Shown piece after piece: positions 55,371 through 63,906 of a stretch of DNA of 64,000 bases. The notes under the pieces were generated by a model, which saw only the letters and a list, made by a program, of their open reading frames with translations, did not search any database and was not told the origin of the DNA. Source of the stretch: Candidatus Nomurabacteria bacterium (GTDB lineage: Bacteria; Patescibacteriota; Minisyncoccia; Phycocordibacterales; UBA918). A program made the position numbers and the translations under genes. How positions within the stretch are numbered: the first letter of the stretch is position 1; each line of letters begins with the position of its first letter. The stretch spans positions 247,707 to 311,706 of the forward strand of contig CP060229.1 in NCBI GenBank assembly GCA_023898585.1, read 5' to 3'.

Positions 55371-55568
55371 TGCGGGTAGGGGTAATCGAAACCTGACGGT
55401 CTCTAAATTCACCCCAAGGGCACTTCCAACGACTTTGTCGAAGGGGCGCGCCACTCATTAAGAGCCGCGGGTCACGCCTCGACTGTCGTACTCTCTTCGC
55501 TCCGTGCGACATGTCTCCGGCGGTTTTGATTACCACGAAAGGTGCGCAGGCACCTTTCTCCTACCCGC
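55371..55568 (-). ncRNA. tRNA-Gly(GCC)-derived structured element of about 198 nt (tRNA 5' and 3' ends flanking a hairpin-rich insert); interrupted pseudo-tRNA or tRNA-like RNA
   Basis: On the minus strand it starts GCGGGTAGG (the tRNA starts GCGGGTATAG) and ends CAGGTTTCGATTACCCCTACCCGCACA (the tRNA ends GGGGTTTCGATTACCCCTACCCGCACCA). The insert contains AAAGGTGC-ctgc-GCACCTTT and CGAC-aaa-GTCG hairpins. Confidence 0.45.
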
Positions 55569-55573
55569 AGTCG

Positions 55574-55600
55574 AAAAAAGCCCTTTGTGGGGGCTTTTTT
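55574..55600 (-). terminator. Terminator after tRNA-Gly(GCC)
   Basis: Minus strand: AAAAAAGCCCCCACAAAGGGCTTTTTT. Confidence 0.65.
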
Positions 55601-55602
55601 CT

Positions 55603-55676
55603 TGGTGCGGGTAGGGGTAATCGAAACCCCGTCTTCTGATTGGCAACCAGACGTTCTACCACTAAACTATACCCGC
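55603..55676 (-). tRNA. tRNA-Gly (anticodon GCC), CCA encoded
   Basis: Minus strand: GCGGGTA-TA-GTTT-AGTGGTA-GAAC-G-TCTGG-tTGCCaa-TCAGA-AGAC-GGGGT-TTCGATT-ACCCC-TACCCGC-A-CCA. Confidence 0.85.
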
Positions 55677-55692
55677 ATTTTATCTCTTCCTG

Positions 55693-56358
55693 TTAAACAG
55701 TTGTTCTATTTAATACCATTTCAGGTAATTGGTCAATCCACAGATTTATCTTCTTTTTTAGATAAGTGTTTGAGACAACAACCGTACACACTCCGTGTGG
55801 CAGTTTTTTTGTTTTGTGCCTACTGGGCAACACTTGGGTTTTGTGAAACTTTTGAATACCGGTGATGTCACTCCAAAAATTTTTACACACTGTTTCATTT
55901 AAGTCTGTATAGATAAATAAGGCCAATTTAATCTTCTCGATCGGTACTTTACAGATAATCAAAAGGAATTCTAGAAAAATCTGGATCATTTTAGGGTCAG
56001 TATTTGTTAGTCTAACTTGATTACGGCTCAATTTGTCACCTTCGCCCCAATAAGCGAAAACTGCCGAGATAAAGAGGGGATCATTTTTGTATTTTTCCAT
56101 TTCCATTTGTGCCTCTTGCTTGGCAACCTCATACGACGCTCTTAGTGTCTCGCCACGAGTTCGGTTTAAATCTTTTATTCTTGCAGAACTAGTACGCCTT
56201 GATTCTTCTACCAAGCTTTTTCTAATTTTCTCTGAAAAATCAACACCTTTAAACCAATTTGAAAGGGTGCTTTTTGATATACCCAATTTGTCACAAATAT
56301 CCCTATAGCTCTTTCCTTGTTGACGTAATGCAAAGGCTTTGTCTTTATCTGTTCTCAT
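55693..56358 (-). CDS. HTH plus LAGLIDADG-like motif protein, paralog D, immediately 5' of tRNA-Gly(GCC)
   Basis: LRQQGKSYRDICDKLGISKSTLSNWFK HTH and the motif DPLFISAVFAYWGEGDK. The stop lies 17 nt from the tRNA 5' end. Confidence 0.7.
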   Translation of the reverse strand: MRTDKDKAFALRQQGKSYRDICDKLGISKSTLSNWFKGVDFSEKIRKSLVEESRRTSSARIKDLNRTRGETLRASYEVAKQEAQMEMEKYKNDPLFISAVFAYWGEGDKLSRNQVRLTNTDPKMIQIFLEFLLIICKVPIEKIKLALFIYTDLNETVCKNFWSDITGIQKFHKTQVLPSRHKTKKLPHGVCTVVVSNTYLKKKINLWIDQLPEMVLNRTTV

Positions 56359-56390
56359 GTATACTGACTAGTATACATCACTAGTTCAGT

Positions 56391-57047
56391 TTATAGTTCC
56401 TTTTTCAACATTTCAACCCAAACAAGCAGTTTCTGCTTTGCCAAAACGCTATTTAACAAAGTGTTTCCTGTGCCTTTATGGGCTGACTTGGTTCGACTTG
56501 ATACGAATTGTGGCTTACCAAAGGCAGAAACTGAAAGTTTGATTTGCTTTGACCACCATCTTGTGTTTTTTTCAATTGAACTGCCTTGAGGGAGTAAAAG
56601 CCAAAATTTGATGCTTGTTTTTTCCGCACCAATGTATTCATGTAAAAACTTGATAAAAATTTGATGAGATTCAGCTCGGTTAACAGACAAGCGAATCCGA
56701 TTGCTTGTGTTAAGATCTCCAGCCACCAGATAAATCATCAACCCAGCAACGAAAAGGGGATTGTTTTTGTAATGTTTGAACTCAGTTTCGGCGGAGCGGA
56801 CAGCCTCGCGGTAGCGTGCGACTCGCTCTGTACCGCGCGCTTTATTTATCAGCTTCAGTCGTTTGGCGTTTTCAGCGCCGGCGCGCTTAACGTTTTGCTT
56901 GGTAACTTGTGCTGAAAAAGCCTTATTTTTCAACCATTTTGAGGCGGTGGACTTCGAAATGTCACAGTACTTGGCAATCTCTTCTAAAGTAAAACCGCGC
57001 TTACGCAAACGCACTGCCTGATCGTATTTTTCCTTATTTCGAACCAT
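56391..57047 (-). CDS. HTH plus LAGLIDADG-like motif protein, paralog C
   Basis: LRKRGFTLEEIAKYCDISKSTASKWLK HTH and the motif NPLFVAGLMIYLVAGDL. In tandem with paralog D. Confidence 0.65.
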   Translation of the reverse strand: MVRNKEKYDQAVRLRKRGFTLEEIAKYCDISKSTASKWLKNKAFSAQVTKQNVKRAGAENAKRLKLINKARGTERVARYREAVRSAETEFKHYKNNPLFVAGLMIYLVAGDLNTSNRIRLSVNRAESHQIFIKFLHEYIGAEKTSIKFWLLLPQGSSIEKNTRWWSKQIKLSVSAFGKPQFVSSRTKSAHKGTGNTLLNSVLAKQKLLVWVEMLKKEL

Positions 57048-57122
57048 ATCGTGTGTATATTATATACTAATTCTATTTGTTCGATTTGGGTTATTCAGAC
57101 CAAAGCATGTTAAAATCTTTTT

Positions 57123-57398
57123 ATGCTTGAGTTAATCACTTGGCTTTACGCCGGAAATGGTGTCATCGCCCTGCTGGCCTACCTACCACAAATTAAAAAA
57201 CTTGTCACAGAGAATAGTCGGGCAGTGAACTTTTCCATATTAAGCTGGTCAATGTGGACGTACTCGAACTTGGTTGCTGTGCTTTACGCGATTTTTGTAG
57301 TCCATGACCATCTTTTAACTACCGTTGTCAGTATCAACTTGGCTGGCTGTACTCTGGTCTTATCGCTGGTTTTGTTTAAAAACTCTAAGTACAAATAG
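57123..57398 (+). CDS. PQ-loop / SemiSWEET-like small membrane protein
   Basis: 91 aa with three TM helices and an LAYLPQIKKL PQ motif. Confidence 0.5.
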   Translation: MLELITWLYAGNGVIALLAYLPQIKKLVTENSRAVNFSILSWSMWTYSNLVAVLYAIFVVHDHLLTTVVSINLAGCTLVLSLVLFKNSKYK

Positions 57399-57496
57399 AG
57401 ATATTTTTCTCCCCAGAGGTGCTATATTCAGAAAAAGCCCAGTGTAAAACTGGACTTTATTCAGTATGTGCGGGCTTATTCAACGATTTAGAACTC

Positions 57497-58027
57497 TCAA
57501 AGATAGAATCGTCTAACAATATCTGACAAGTCGCTTTTCATTATTTCTCCTTCATCACCTCTTTTAACTATCTCTTCTGGTGTTAGCCATTCGAAACCTG
57601 AAAATTCTTCAGGATTATAAGAGGGTGTTTTGTTGGTTTTGATTTCAAATAGTTTCTGGAAACAAGCAGTATGGTCTAGGTGTGGTTTAAGGTGTGCGAT
57701 TTCTACAAAGTTTTCTGGAGTGAGTTGTAAATTAACTTCTTCTTCGGCTTCCTTAATTAGCGCTTCTTCGTATGTTCCACCAGAGGATACGTGTCCGGCA
57801 ATACTATAATCCAGTCCGTTAGGAAATAATTTTTTGGTAGAAACTCGGCGAGGTGTCCAGATCTTTCCTTCAGAATTAATGATAAAAGCATGCACTACTC
57901 TAAAGTTTTTTAAACCTCTCCTGTACACTTCTTTCCTGGAAATAGAATCAATAACTGAGTCATTTTCATCAACTAAGTCCAGTACTTCTTCCGGTGAATC
58001 TGCCTCTCTGGGTGCATGGTTTTGCAT
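57497..58027 (-). CDS. NUDIX hydrolase
   Basis: GHVSSGGTYEEALIKEAEEEVNL NUDIX box. Confidence 0.8.
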   Translation of the reverse strand: MQNHAPREADSPEEVLDLVDENDSVIDSISRKEVYRRGLKNFRVVHAFIINSEGKIWTPRRVSTKKLFPNGLDYSIAGHVSSGGTYEEALIKEAEEEVNLQLTPENFVEIAHLKPHLDHTACFQKLFEIKTNKTPSYNPEEFSGFEWLTPEEIVKRGDEGEIMKSDLSDIVRRFYL

Positions 58028-58210
58028 GCTGTCATTGTATCAGAAATCTGAACGATAAAAGCACCTAATTAGGCGCTTAAATCATGTGTGCACCTGCCAG
58101 GACTCGGTCACAAGTCGCTCCCTTCAGTCGCGCTCGCGACCCCGCCTCCTTACGCTTCACTCCAGTCCGGCTTTCGAGTTTGCCCCCAACAATGCGAGAC
58201 CAAACTAAAA

Positions 58211-58255
58211 ACAACCCAGTTTTATTGGGTTGTTTTTAGTTTGGTGCACCCGCCA
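58211..58255 (-). terminator. Perfect 19-bp palindromic hairpin immediately 3' of tRNA-Arg
   Basis: CCAAACTAAAAACAACCCA-gttttat-TGGGTTGTTTTTAGTTTGG. Confidence 0.6.
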
Positions 58256-58328
58256 GGATTCGAACCTGGGACGACGGTTCCGAAGACCGTAATGATAATC
58301 CGCTTCACCACGGGTGCAAAATGTACTG
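58253..58328 (-). tRNA. tRNA-Arg (anticodon UCG), CCA encoded
   Basis: Minus strand: GCACCCG-TG-GTGA-AGCGGATTA-TCAT-T-ACGGT-cTTCGga-ACCGT-CGTC-CCAGG-TTCGAAT-CCTGG-CGGGTGC-A-CCA. Confidence 0.8.
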
Positions 58329-58338
58329 TAGGAGTCTA

Positions 58339-59016
58339 CTACCTTTTGCAGTGATATTCAACAAGCGCCTTTGTCCATCCCGTGATCTGTAGAAAAAGCG
58401 CTGTACTTCTCGGGACTTCTATACGCAAGCACCCTTCGTAATTTGGGCGCTTCTTGTGGCCACGACTAGTAGGCTTGATGACGGTCTTCTTAAATTGAGA
58501 TAAGGAGACCTGCAACTTTTTTGCCCAAACTCTTTCATATCCCAAGTGCGCATATGGTTTATGTACATACAGACGATATCCCAACTCTTCTCGCTTATAT
58601 GCAGTAAATCGCTGTATCCACTCAAGCATAATGAAAATCATGTCAGGATCTGAATTCACAAACTGAAACGCATTGCTTCGCTTGGCACCCTCAGCCCAGT
58701 AAAGTGCAATACCAACGTGAAAAAGAGGATCGGTGGCGAGGGAGGAGAATTCTGTCTGAGCTGCTTTAATAATTTCTCCGTCACGTTTTAGCTTATTATC
58801 ATGATGAGCTGTCGCAGCTTTGATCCTACCTTGAGAAATGTTTGTGTCACATCTTTTCCGCAGATATCTTTTTTCAGCTACAGTAAGAGGCAGATCCTTG
58901 AGCCACAGCGATAGTGAACTCTTTGCCACCGGCACTTGCTTGAGGATCTCGTTGTAGCTTAAGCCTTTCTTTCGCAGGGCAATGGCTTTTTCTTTTTCTT
59001 GAACTAGTTTTTTCAT
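58339..59016 (-). CDS. HTH plus LAGLIDADG-like motif protein, paralog B, immediately 5' of tRNA-Arg
   Basis: LRKKGLSYNEILKQVPVAKSSLSLWLK HTH and the motif DPLFHVGIALYWAEGAK. The stop lies 11 nt from the tRNA 5' end. Confidence 0.7.
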   Translation of the reverse strand: MKKLVQEKEKAIALRKKGLSYNEILKQVPVAKSSLSLWLKDLPLTVAEKRYLRKRCDTNISQGRIKAATAHHDNKLKRDGEIIKAAQTEFSSLATDPLFHVGIALYWAEGAKRSNAFQFVNSDPDMIFIMLEWIQRFTAYKREELGYRLYVHKPYAHLGYERVWAKKLQVSLSQFKKTVIKPTSRGHKKRPNYEGCLRIEVPRSTALFLQITGWTKALVEYHCKR

Positions 59017-59113
59017 GTATGTATCATTATATCACAGTTCGAATGTTTGTTAAAAAAAACCGGGAAAGGTTGGAACCTTTCCCGGTGTGAAATAGAGAAC
59101 AATTGAACAATGA

Positions 59114-59782
59114 TCAAGTCTTGACTACTACTTCCGTGGGCTCATAAACCACAGCTTCGTCTTCTGTGTCGGTAGACGGCCAATCAAGGCGTGACAGAAA
59201 AACATTGACATCCATGATCGCGCAATCACGGATGTGAGCCGGTATAGCCACTTTAGGTTTACCTTCAGTCACCAGATCACAATACCGTTGCACCTCATGG
59301 TACAGTTGCCACCAGTTTTGTTTTCCTTCCGCTACTATTCTGTCGAAGACTACTTTCTTTGCTCGCAAGCCATCCGGATCGCTGGAATCGTCCGGGCTAA
59401 GTTCGCGCGACAGTTGATTTACAATATCTTGTTGCTTAAACAGCTCTTGCAACCCTTCGGCCTCTTTTTTCAGTAGTTGAAGCCAAGAGGCGATCAGTTT
59501 TTCCGGTGTTTGAGATTGTTTGGTTAGTGTCCAGATTTCCTGATCAATAACCAACCTCATTCCTATTCTGTAAATCAAAGTGAGTGACACCACAATAAAA
59601 ATGGCGCCCGGAAACAACGCAACGAACCAGATCTCATCTAGAAAACCAGGCGCGTCGGGCATAAATAACCGACTGATAGCAACGACAGCGGTTAAAAAAT
59701 ACCAGCTTGCAACCCATGACCATGAGTTTATGAAATACCGTTTATCAGAAGCTCTTTCTAACTTCATCTCAAGGATCTCCAC
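59114..59782 (-). CDS. Hypothetical membrane protein
   Basis: Two N-terminal TM helices. 222 aa. Confidence 0.45.
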   Translation of the reverse strand: MEILEMKLERASDKRYFINSWSWVASWYFLTAVVAISRLFMPDAPGFLDEIWFVALFPGAIFIVVSLTLIYRIGMRLVIDQEIWTLTKQSQTPEKLIASWLQLLKKEAEGLQELFKQQDIVNQLSRELSPDDSSDPDGLRAKKVVFDRIVAEGKQNWWQLYHEVQRYCDLVTEGKPKVAIPAHIRDCAIMDVNVFLSRLDWPSTDTEDEAVVYEPTEVVVKT

Positions 59783-59934
59783 ACACTTCCTGCCACAATG
59801 AACTTCAGAGTTCTTCTGAAGCTGGGGCGATCTGCGCCCCTACAGGAACATCTGCACTATGCACTGGTTTTAAACGGAAAGCAATGGCTTAACTTTTACG
59901 TGTGTATTGTTGATTTTCTGCTAGAATAGCCAAC

Positions 59935-61407
59935 ATGACCATCAAGCCGACTGACATTCCAATGGAAGTAAAGCAAGTGGCGGAAACCTTGGAAAAGGCC
60001 GGTTTTGAGGCGTATGTGGTCGGTGGCTGTACGCGCGACCTGATGCTGGGGAAGACGCCGAAAGACTGGGACCTGACCACCAACGCACATCCGGAGCAAA
60101 TCCAAGAGCTTTTTCCAGACCACTACGCCAATAACGATTACGGTACCATCGGGATAAAGACTGAGTCAGAAAATGATGCTTTGAAGGTAATTGAGGTCAC
60201 TCCCTACCGCAGAGAAAGTGGATATAGTGACGCCAGAAGGCCGGACGAAGTAACTTTCGGTGTCTCGTTGGAAGAGGATCTCAAACGCCGAGATTTTACC
60301 GTCAATGCCTTAGCATATCGCATTTCAACCGAAGAATTGGTGGATAATTTTGGTGGGGTAGAAGATCTCGTTGCTAAACGTCTTAAGGCAGTCGGTAACC
60401 CCGATGAACGCTTTGCCGAAGACGCGCTTCGCATGTTGCGGGCGGTACGCCTCGCGGCCGAACTCGACTTTGTAATTGAGTCTGAAACCATGCTAGCAAT
60501 TACCCGTCATAACCAGCAATTAAGCCGTATTTCCATCGAAAGGGTGGCTAGTGAGTTTCTTCGCACTGTTAATTCTCCAACTTCTATGCAGGGTATCGTC
60601 TTCATGGAAAAACTGGGTCTGTTGGAGCAGTTTTTGCCAGAACTGCAGGAAGGAATCGGGGTAGAGCAGGGAGGAGCTCACGTTTACGACGTATTTGAAC
60701 ACCTTTTGCGCACCATGCAGGCGGCCACTGATAAAGAATTTTCGCTTTCGATGCGCCTGGCGGCACTCTTTCATGACATTGCCAAGCCGACAACGCGACG
60801 GACTGGTGGCAAACACAAACACTATACTTTTTTTGGCCATGAAGTGGTCGGAGCCAGAATGACTAGGGAAATCATGGGTAGATTAAAGATGCCTCGCGAG
60901 CTGACTGGCGAGGTGGTCAATCTGGTGCGCTGGCACATGTTTTTTGCCGATCCGGACGAAATCACTTTGTCGGCCGTAAGGCGAACCATAGTAAGAATCG
61001 GCGAAGACCATATCGAAGACCTCCTAAACCTGCGCGTATGCGACCGGATAGGCATGGGCCGACCTAAGGAACAGCCGTTTCGCTTCCGCAAATACAAGGC
61101 GATGGTGGATGAGGCGCTTCGTGAACCGATTTCAGTGAAACTCTTGAAAATAAACGGTGACCGGATTATGGAACTGTCTGGCGAGAAGCCGGGGAGGCGA
61201 CTTGGCTATATTTTGCACGCTCTTTTGGAGGAAGCACTTGATGACGCTAGCAAGAATACGATGGAATATATGGAAAAACGGGCGCTGGAATTGCTTGAAT
61301 TACCGGAAAAAGAGCTGATCGAACTGGCGGAGGCTGGTAAACGCCGGCAAGCAGAGGGGGAGGAATCGGCTTTAAAGGACATCGCTCGCGAGCATAAGGT
61401 GGGGTGA
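59935..61407 (+). CDS. cca: CCA-adding tRNA nucleotidyltransferase (class II, with HD domain)
   Basis: GGCTRDLMLGKTPKDWDLTT...RRDFTVNALAY head domain and an HD motif (ALFHDIAKP). Confidence 0.88.
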   Translation: MTIKPTDIPMEVKQVAETLEKAGFEAYVVGGCTRDLMLGKTPKDWDLTTNAHPEQIQELFPDHYANNDYGTIGIKTESENDALKVIEVTPYRRESGYSDARRPDEVTFGVSLEEDLKRRDFTVNALAYRISTEELVDNFGGVEDLVAKRLKAVGNPDERFAEDALRMLRAVRLAAELDFVIESETMLAITRHNQQLSRISIERVASEFLRTVNSPTSMQGIVFMEKLGLLEQFLPELQEGIGVEQGGAHVYDVFEHLLRTMQAATDKEFSLSMRLAALFHDIAKPTTRRTGGKHKHYTFFGHEVVGARMTREIMGRLKMPRELTGEVVNLVRWHMFFADPDEITLSAVRRTIVRIGEDHIEDLLNLRVCDRIGMGRPKEQPFRFRKYKAMVDEALREPISVKLLKINGDRIMELSGEKPGRRLGYILHALLEEALDDASKNTMEYMEKRALELLELPEKELIELAEAGKRRQAEGEESALKDIAREHKVG

Positions 61408-61441
61408 GAGTTTAAAGATTTAAAGATTGAAATATTTAAAG

Positions 61442-61465
61442 AAAACGGCTCAACAGAGCCGTTTT
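61442..61465 (+). terminator. Terminator after cca
   Basis: AAAACGGCTC-aaca-GAGCCGTTTT. Confidence 0.7.
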
Positions 61466-61491
61466 CATAATTGGCGTGCTAACTAACAAAG

Positions 61492-61773
61492 TTAGAAGGA
61501 ATTAATGGCTTCCAAAATTTCTTTCATCATTTCCTTTGAAACAGGCTCGGCCAAAACATACGAACGATCATGGAGACGAACAATACCCCATGTTTGAGGG
61601 AAAATTATGGAACTCCAGAACCCTTGATACTCACGTTCTTCTTTGAACAGATCGAGAACTTTGTTGAATGAACCAGTGATTGCTTGGCTCTCGCCGCAAG
61701 CGTTGGGTGTGTAGCTTACGAGAAAAAAATATTCATTGGTTCCATCACTAAGATTTGCACTATGCACCTTCAT
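61492..61773 (-). CDS. Hypothetical protein
   Basis: Closed 93-aa ORF with no recognised motif. Confidence 0.4.
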   Translation of the reverse strand: MKVHSANLSDGTNEYFFLVSYTPNACGESQAITGSFNKVLDLFKEEREYQGFWSSIIFPQTWGIVRLHDRSYVLAEPVSKEMMKEILEAINSF

Positions 61774-61974
61774 TTCACACTCCTTAATTTGCAGAACTTT
61801 ATTTCACTTTAAAGTACAGTGATTTCTATTTTTTGTCAAATTGAAGTATTTCTTTTTAAGTTGAGCAAATTGTTTAGGTGGTAAGCAAAAATTTGAAGAA
61901 AGCGTACCCAGGTGGCTAGATAGACCGCGACTAAAATTTGCTCACAGTGAAAATATTTGCCAGAGTAATAGAAA

Positions 61975-62036
61975 AGACCTGAAGGTATCGGGAGCCAATC
62001 TGTGGTGATGATCAGCTACCGGTGCCTTCAGGTCTT
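61975..62036 (-). terminator. Long hairpin that reads as a minus-strand intrinsic terminator about 550 nt downstream of xthA
   Basis: AAGACCTGAAGG...CCTTCAGGTCTT stem. On the minus strand it is followed by UUUUCUAUUACU. Confidence 0.5.
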
Positions 62037-62584
62037 GTAAAAAATGAGCTTTCCTTTTTGAGGATTATGGTAATCCTAGTGGGCGTCTTCTATGAGACTA
62101 ACCCGATCCGAAGCTCTACGTTATTTTTGAGATTTCTTTATTGACTTTGCTCCGAGTCGGTGCAACGTCTGAATCTCATTGGGGTGGGATGTTGTTATGA
62201 ACGTTTTTGTTTGAGTGTAAGGTCTTGCGACCTTGGAGGTAATACTCAATTGTTTTTTGGAAGATCTCTTTAAGGGTAGCTCCCAGGGTTTTGTTTGGAA
62301 ATCCTTCTGAACAAAACTCTGGAAGTTACTGCTCGCCCTTTCTGGGCCTGCCAATAATATACTCCTCATAAAGGACAGAGTAAAGGACAAGTGCTTTTGT
62401 ATCTGTGGATAACTTGTCCTTTATAGATTTGCTTGACAAAATTGTGTTTCGTGTGATTTTACTTTCTTAAAGTCGCTGTTTTCTACCCTTATTTATAGCT
62501 CTACAATTGAGGTGGTTTTGGTTTTGCGTGATGCATAGCTTATGAATGATTACTTACTTGCGTATTTTTGCTTTCGTGTTTTTA

Positions 62585-63391
62585 TTATGACCACAAAGTT
62601 ACGTTGATTTCTATCGAAACAGGGCAGTGGTCAGAACCCACAACACCGGGATGAATGCGTGCATTTTTTATCAATGGCATGAGTTGCTTCGAGACCATGA
62701 CATAATCAATCCGCCATCCAACATTACGTTCGCGAGCCCCGCCCCAGTGACTCCACCAGGTGTATAATTCCGGTACACCGGGATTAAAGTGGCGCAAGGT
62801 GTCGACGAACTCTTTTTTGAGAATAGACTCAAAGCCGGCTCTTTCCTCCAACGTGAATCCCTTTTTACCTTCATTGGGTTTTGGTCGGGCTAAATCGATT
62901 TCTTCATGAGCTACGTTAAGGTCTCCGCAGAAGATGACCGGTTTTTTATGTTGAAGCCTGTCCATAAATTCGAGATACGCCGGATCCCATTGTTGTCGCA
63001 TAGCAATTCGCGACAGATCGTCTTTGGCGTTCGGGGTATAAACCGTACTGACGTAAAATGGCTCATATTCGGCAGTGATTACCCGGCCCTCTTTGGTGGT
63101 ATCACCATAAACATCTGCCAATTCGTATTTGGACATGATATCCTCCGGCAAACCATTTGTAACATCAATAGGTGAGCTTTTGGTGAAAATGGCCGTACCG
63201 GAATAGCCTTTTTTGTCAGCTGAGTGCCAATATTCTTCGTACTCTGGCCAATCTAAATCTATTTGGTCATGGTTAGCCTTCGTCTCTTGGAGACAGAGTA
63301 TGTCCGGTTGATGTTCGTCTAAAAATGGCTGTAATAGGCCCTTTTTGTGCACAGCGCGAATGCCGTTTACATTCCATGAGTATATTTTCAT
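62585..63391 (-). CDS. xthA: Exodeoxyribonuclease III
   Basis: MKIYSWNVNGIRA...LQETK...GDLNVAHEEIDL...SDHCPV are canonical ExoIII/AP-endonuclease motifs. Confidence 0.93.
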   Translation of the reverse strand: MKIYSWNVNGIRAVHKKGLLQPFLDEHQPDILCLQETKANHDQIDLDWPEYEEYWHSADKKGYSGTAIFTKSSPIDVTNGLPEDIMSKYELADVYGDTTKEGRVITAEYEPFYVSTVYTPNAKDDLSRIAMRQQWDPAYLEFMDRLQHKKPVIFCGDLNVAHEEIDLARPKPNEGKKGFTLEERAGFESILKKEFVDTLRHFNPGVPELYTWWSHWGGARERNVGWRIDYVMVSKQLMPLIKNARIHPGVVGSDHCPVSIEINVTLWS

Positions 63392-63576
63392 ACTTACATA
63401 GTCTACATCATCGACCGAATAGTTCGAGCTTGACGGATTGTAGGTCTGACTCCCGAGATATTATTCGCGTCATAGTACTTGTGAACTTGCGACTCTTGAC
63501 AGTAAAAAGCGGTAGGTATTGAATTATGTTAGGTGGATAATTGTGCGTGATGAATGCGTGGTGCAGGAGGTTTAAG

Positions 63577-63906
63577 ATGTTCAATTTACAAGAACCGATG
63601 ACACTCGAAGAGGCAAGAGAGGGGATCAGGGCCGGATGGTCTCAACCGGGGCTGACGGGGGACGAGAGATTCTTTTTGGAACAAGCCGGGTGTATTCTCG
63701 GGGAAGAGAACGCGTATTTCACCTACGAGTCAGAAGTGCCAATTAGACAAAGGGGTGAAATCCGAACTTTGGACGATCATCCAAACGGAGCCGGTCTTGC
63801 TTTCTTACACTGGGCTAAAAGTGGTGCTCCAGATACATGGGGAAGCACACATGGATCAGCCGAAAGACAGGAGACCCGTAAGAGGGTCTGTCCCGCTCGA
63901 ATTTAA
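63577..63906 (+). CDS. Hypothetical protein
   Basis: Closed ORF. A terminator GACGCAGG-gaaa-CCTGCGTC-TTTTTTT follows at 63937-63965. Confidence 0.35.
   Translation: MFNLQEPMTLEEAREGIRAGWSQPGLTGDERFFLEQAGCILGEENAYFTYESEVPIRQRGEIRTLDDHPNGAGLAFLHWAKSGAPDTWGSTHGSAERQETRKRVCPARI

Noticed and set aside
61780-62584. RNase P RNA, tmRNA, SRP RNA or 6S RNA in the 800-bp gap
   Set aside because: I read both strands for the universal RNase P P4 sequences, the SRP domain IV motif, and a tmRNA tRNA-like 3' end with a tag ORF, and found none. I keep the region as an unexplained noncoding stretch, not a named RNA.
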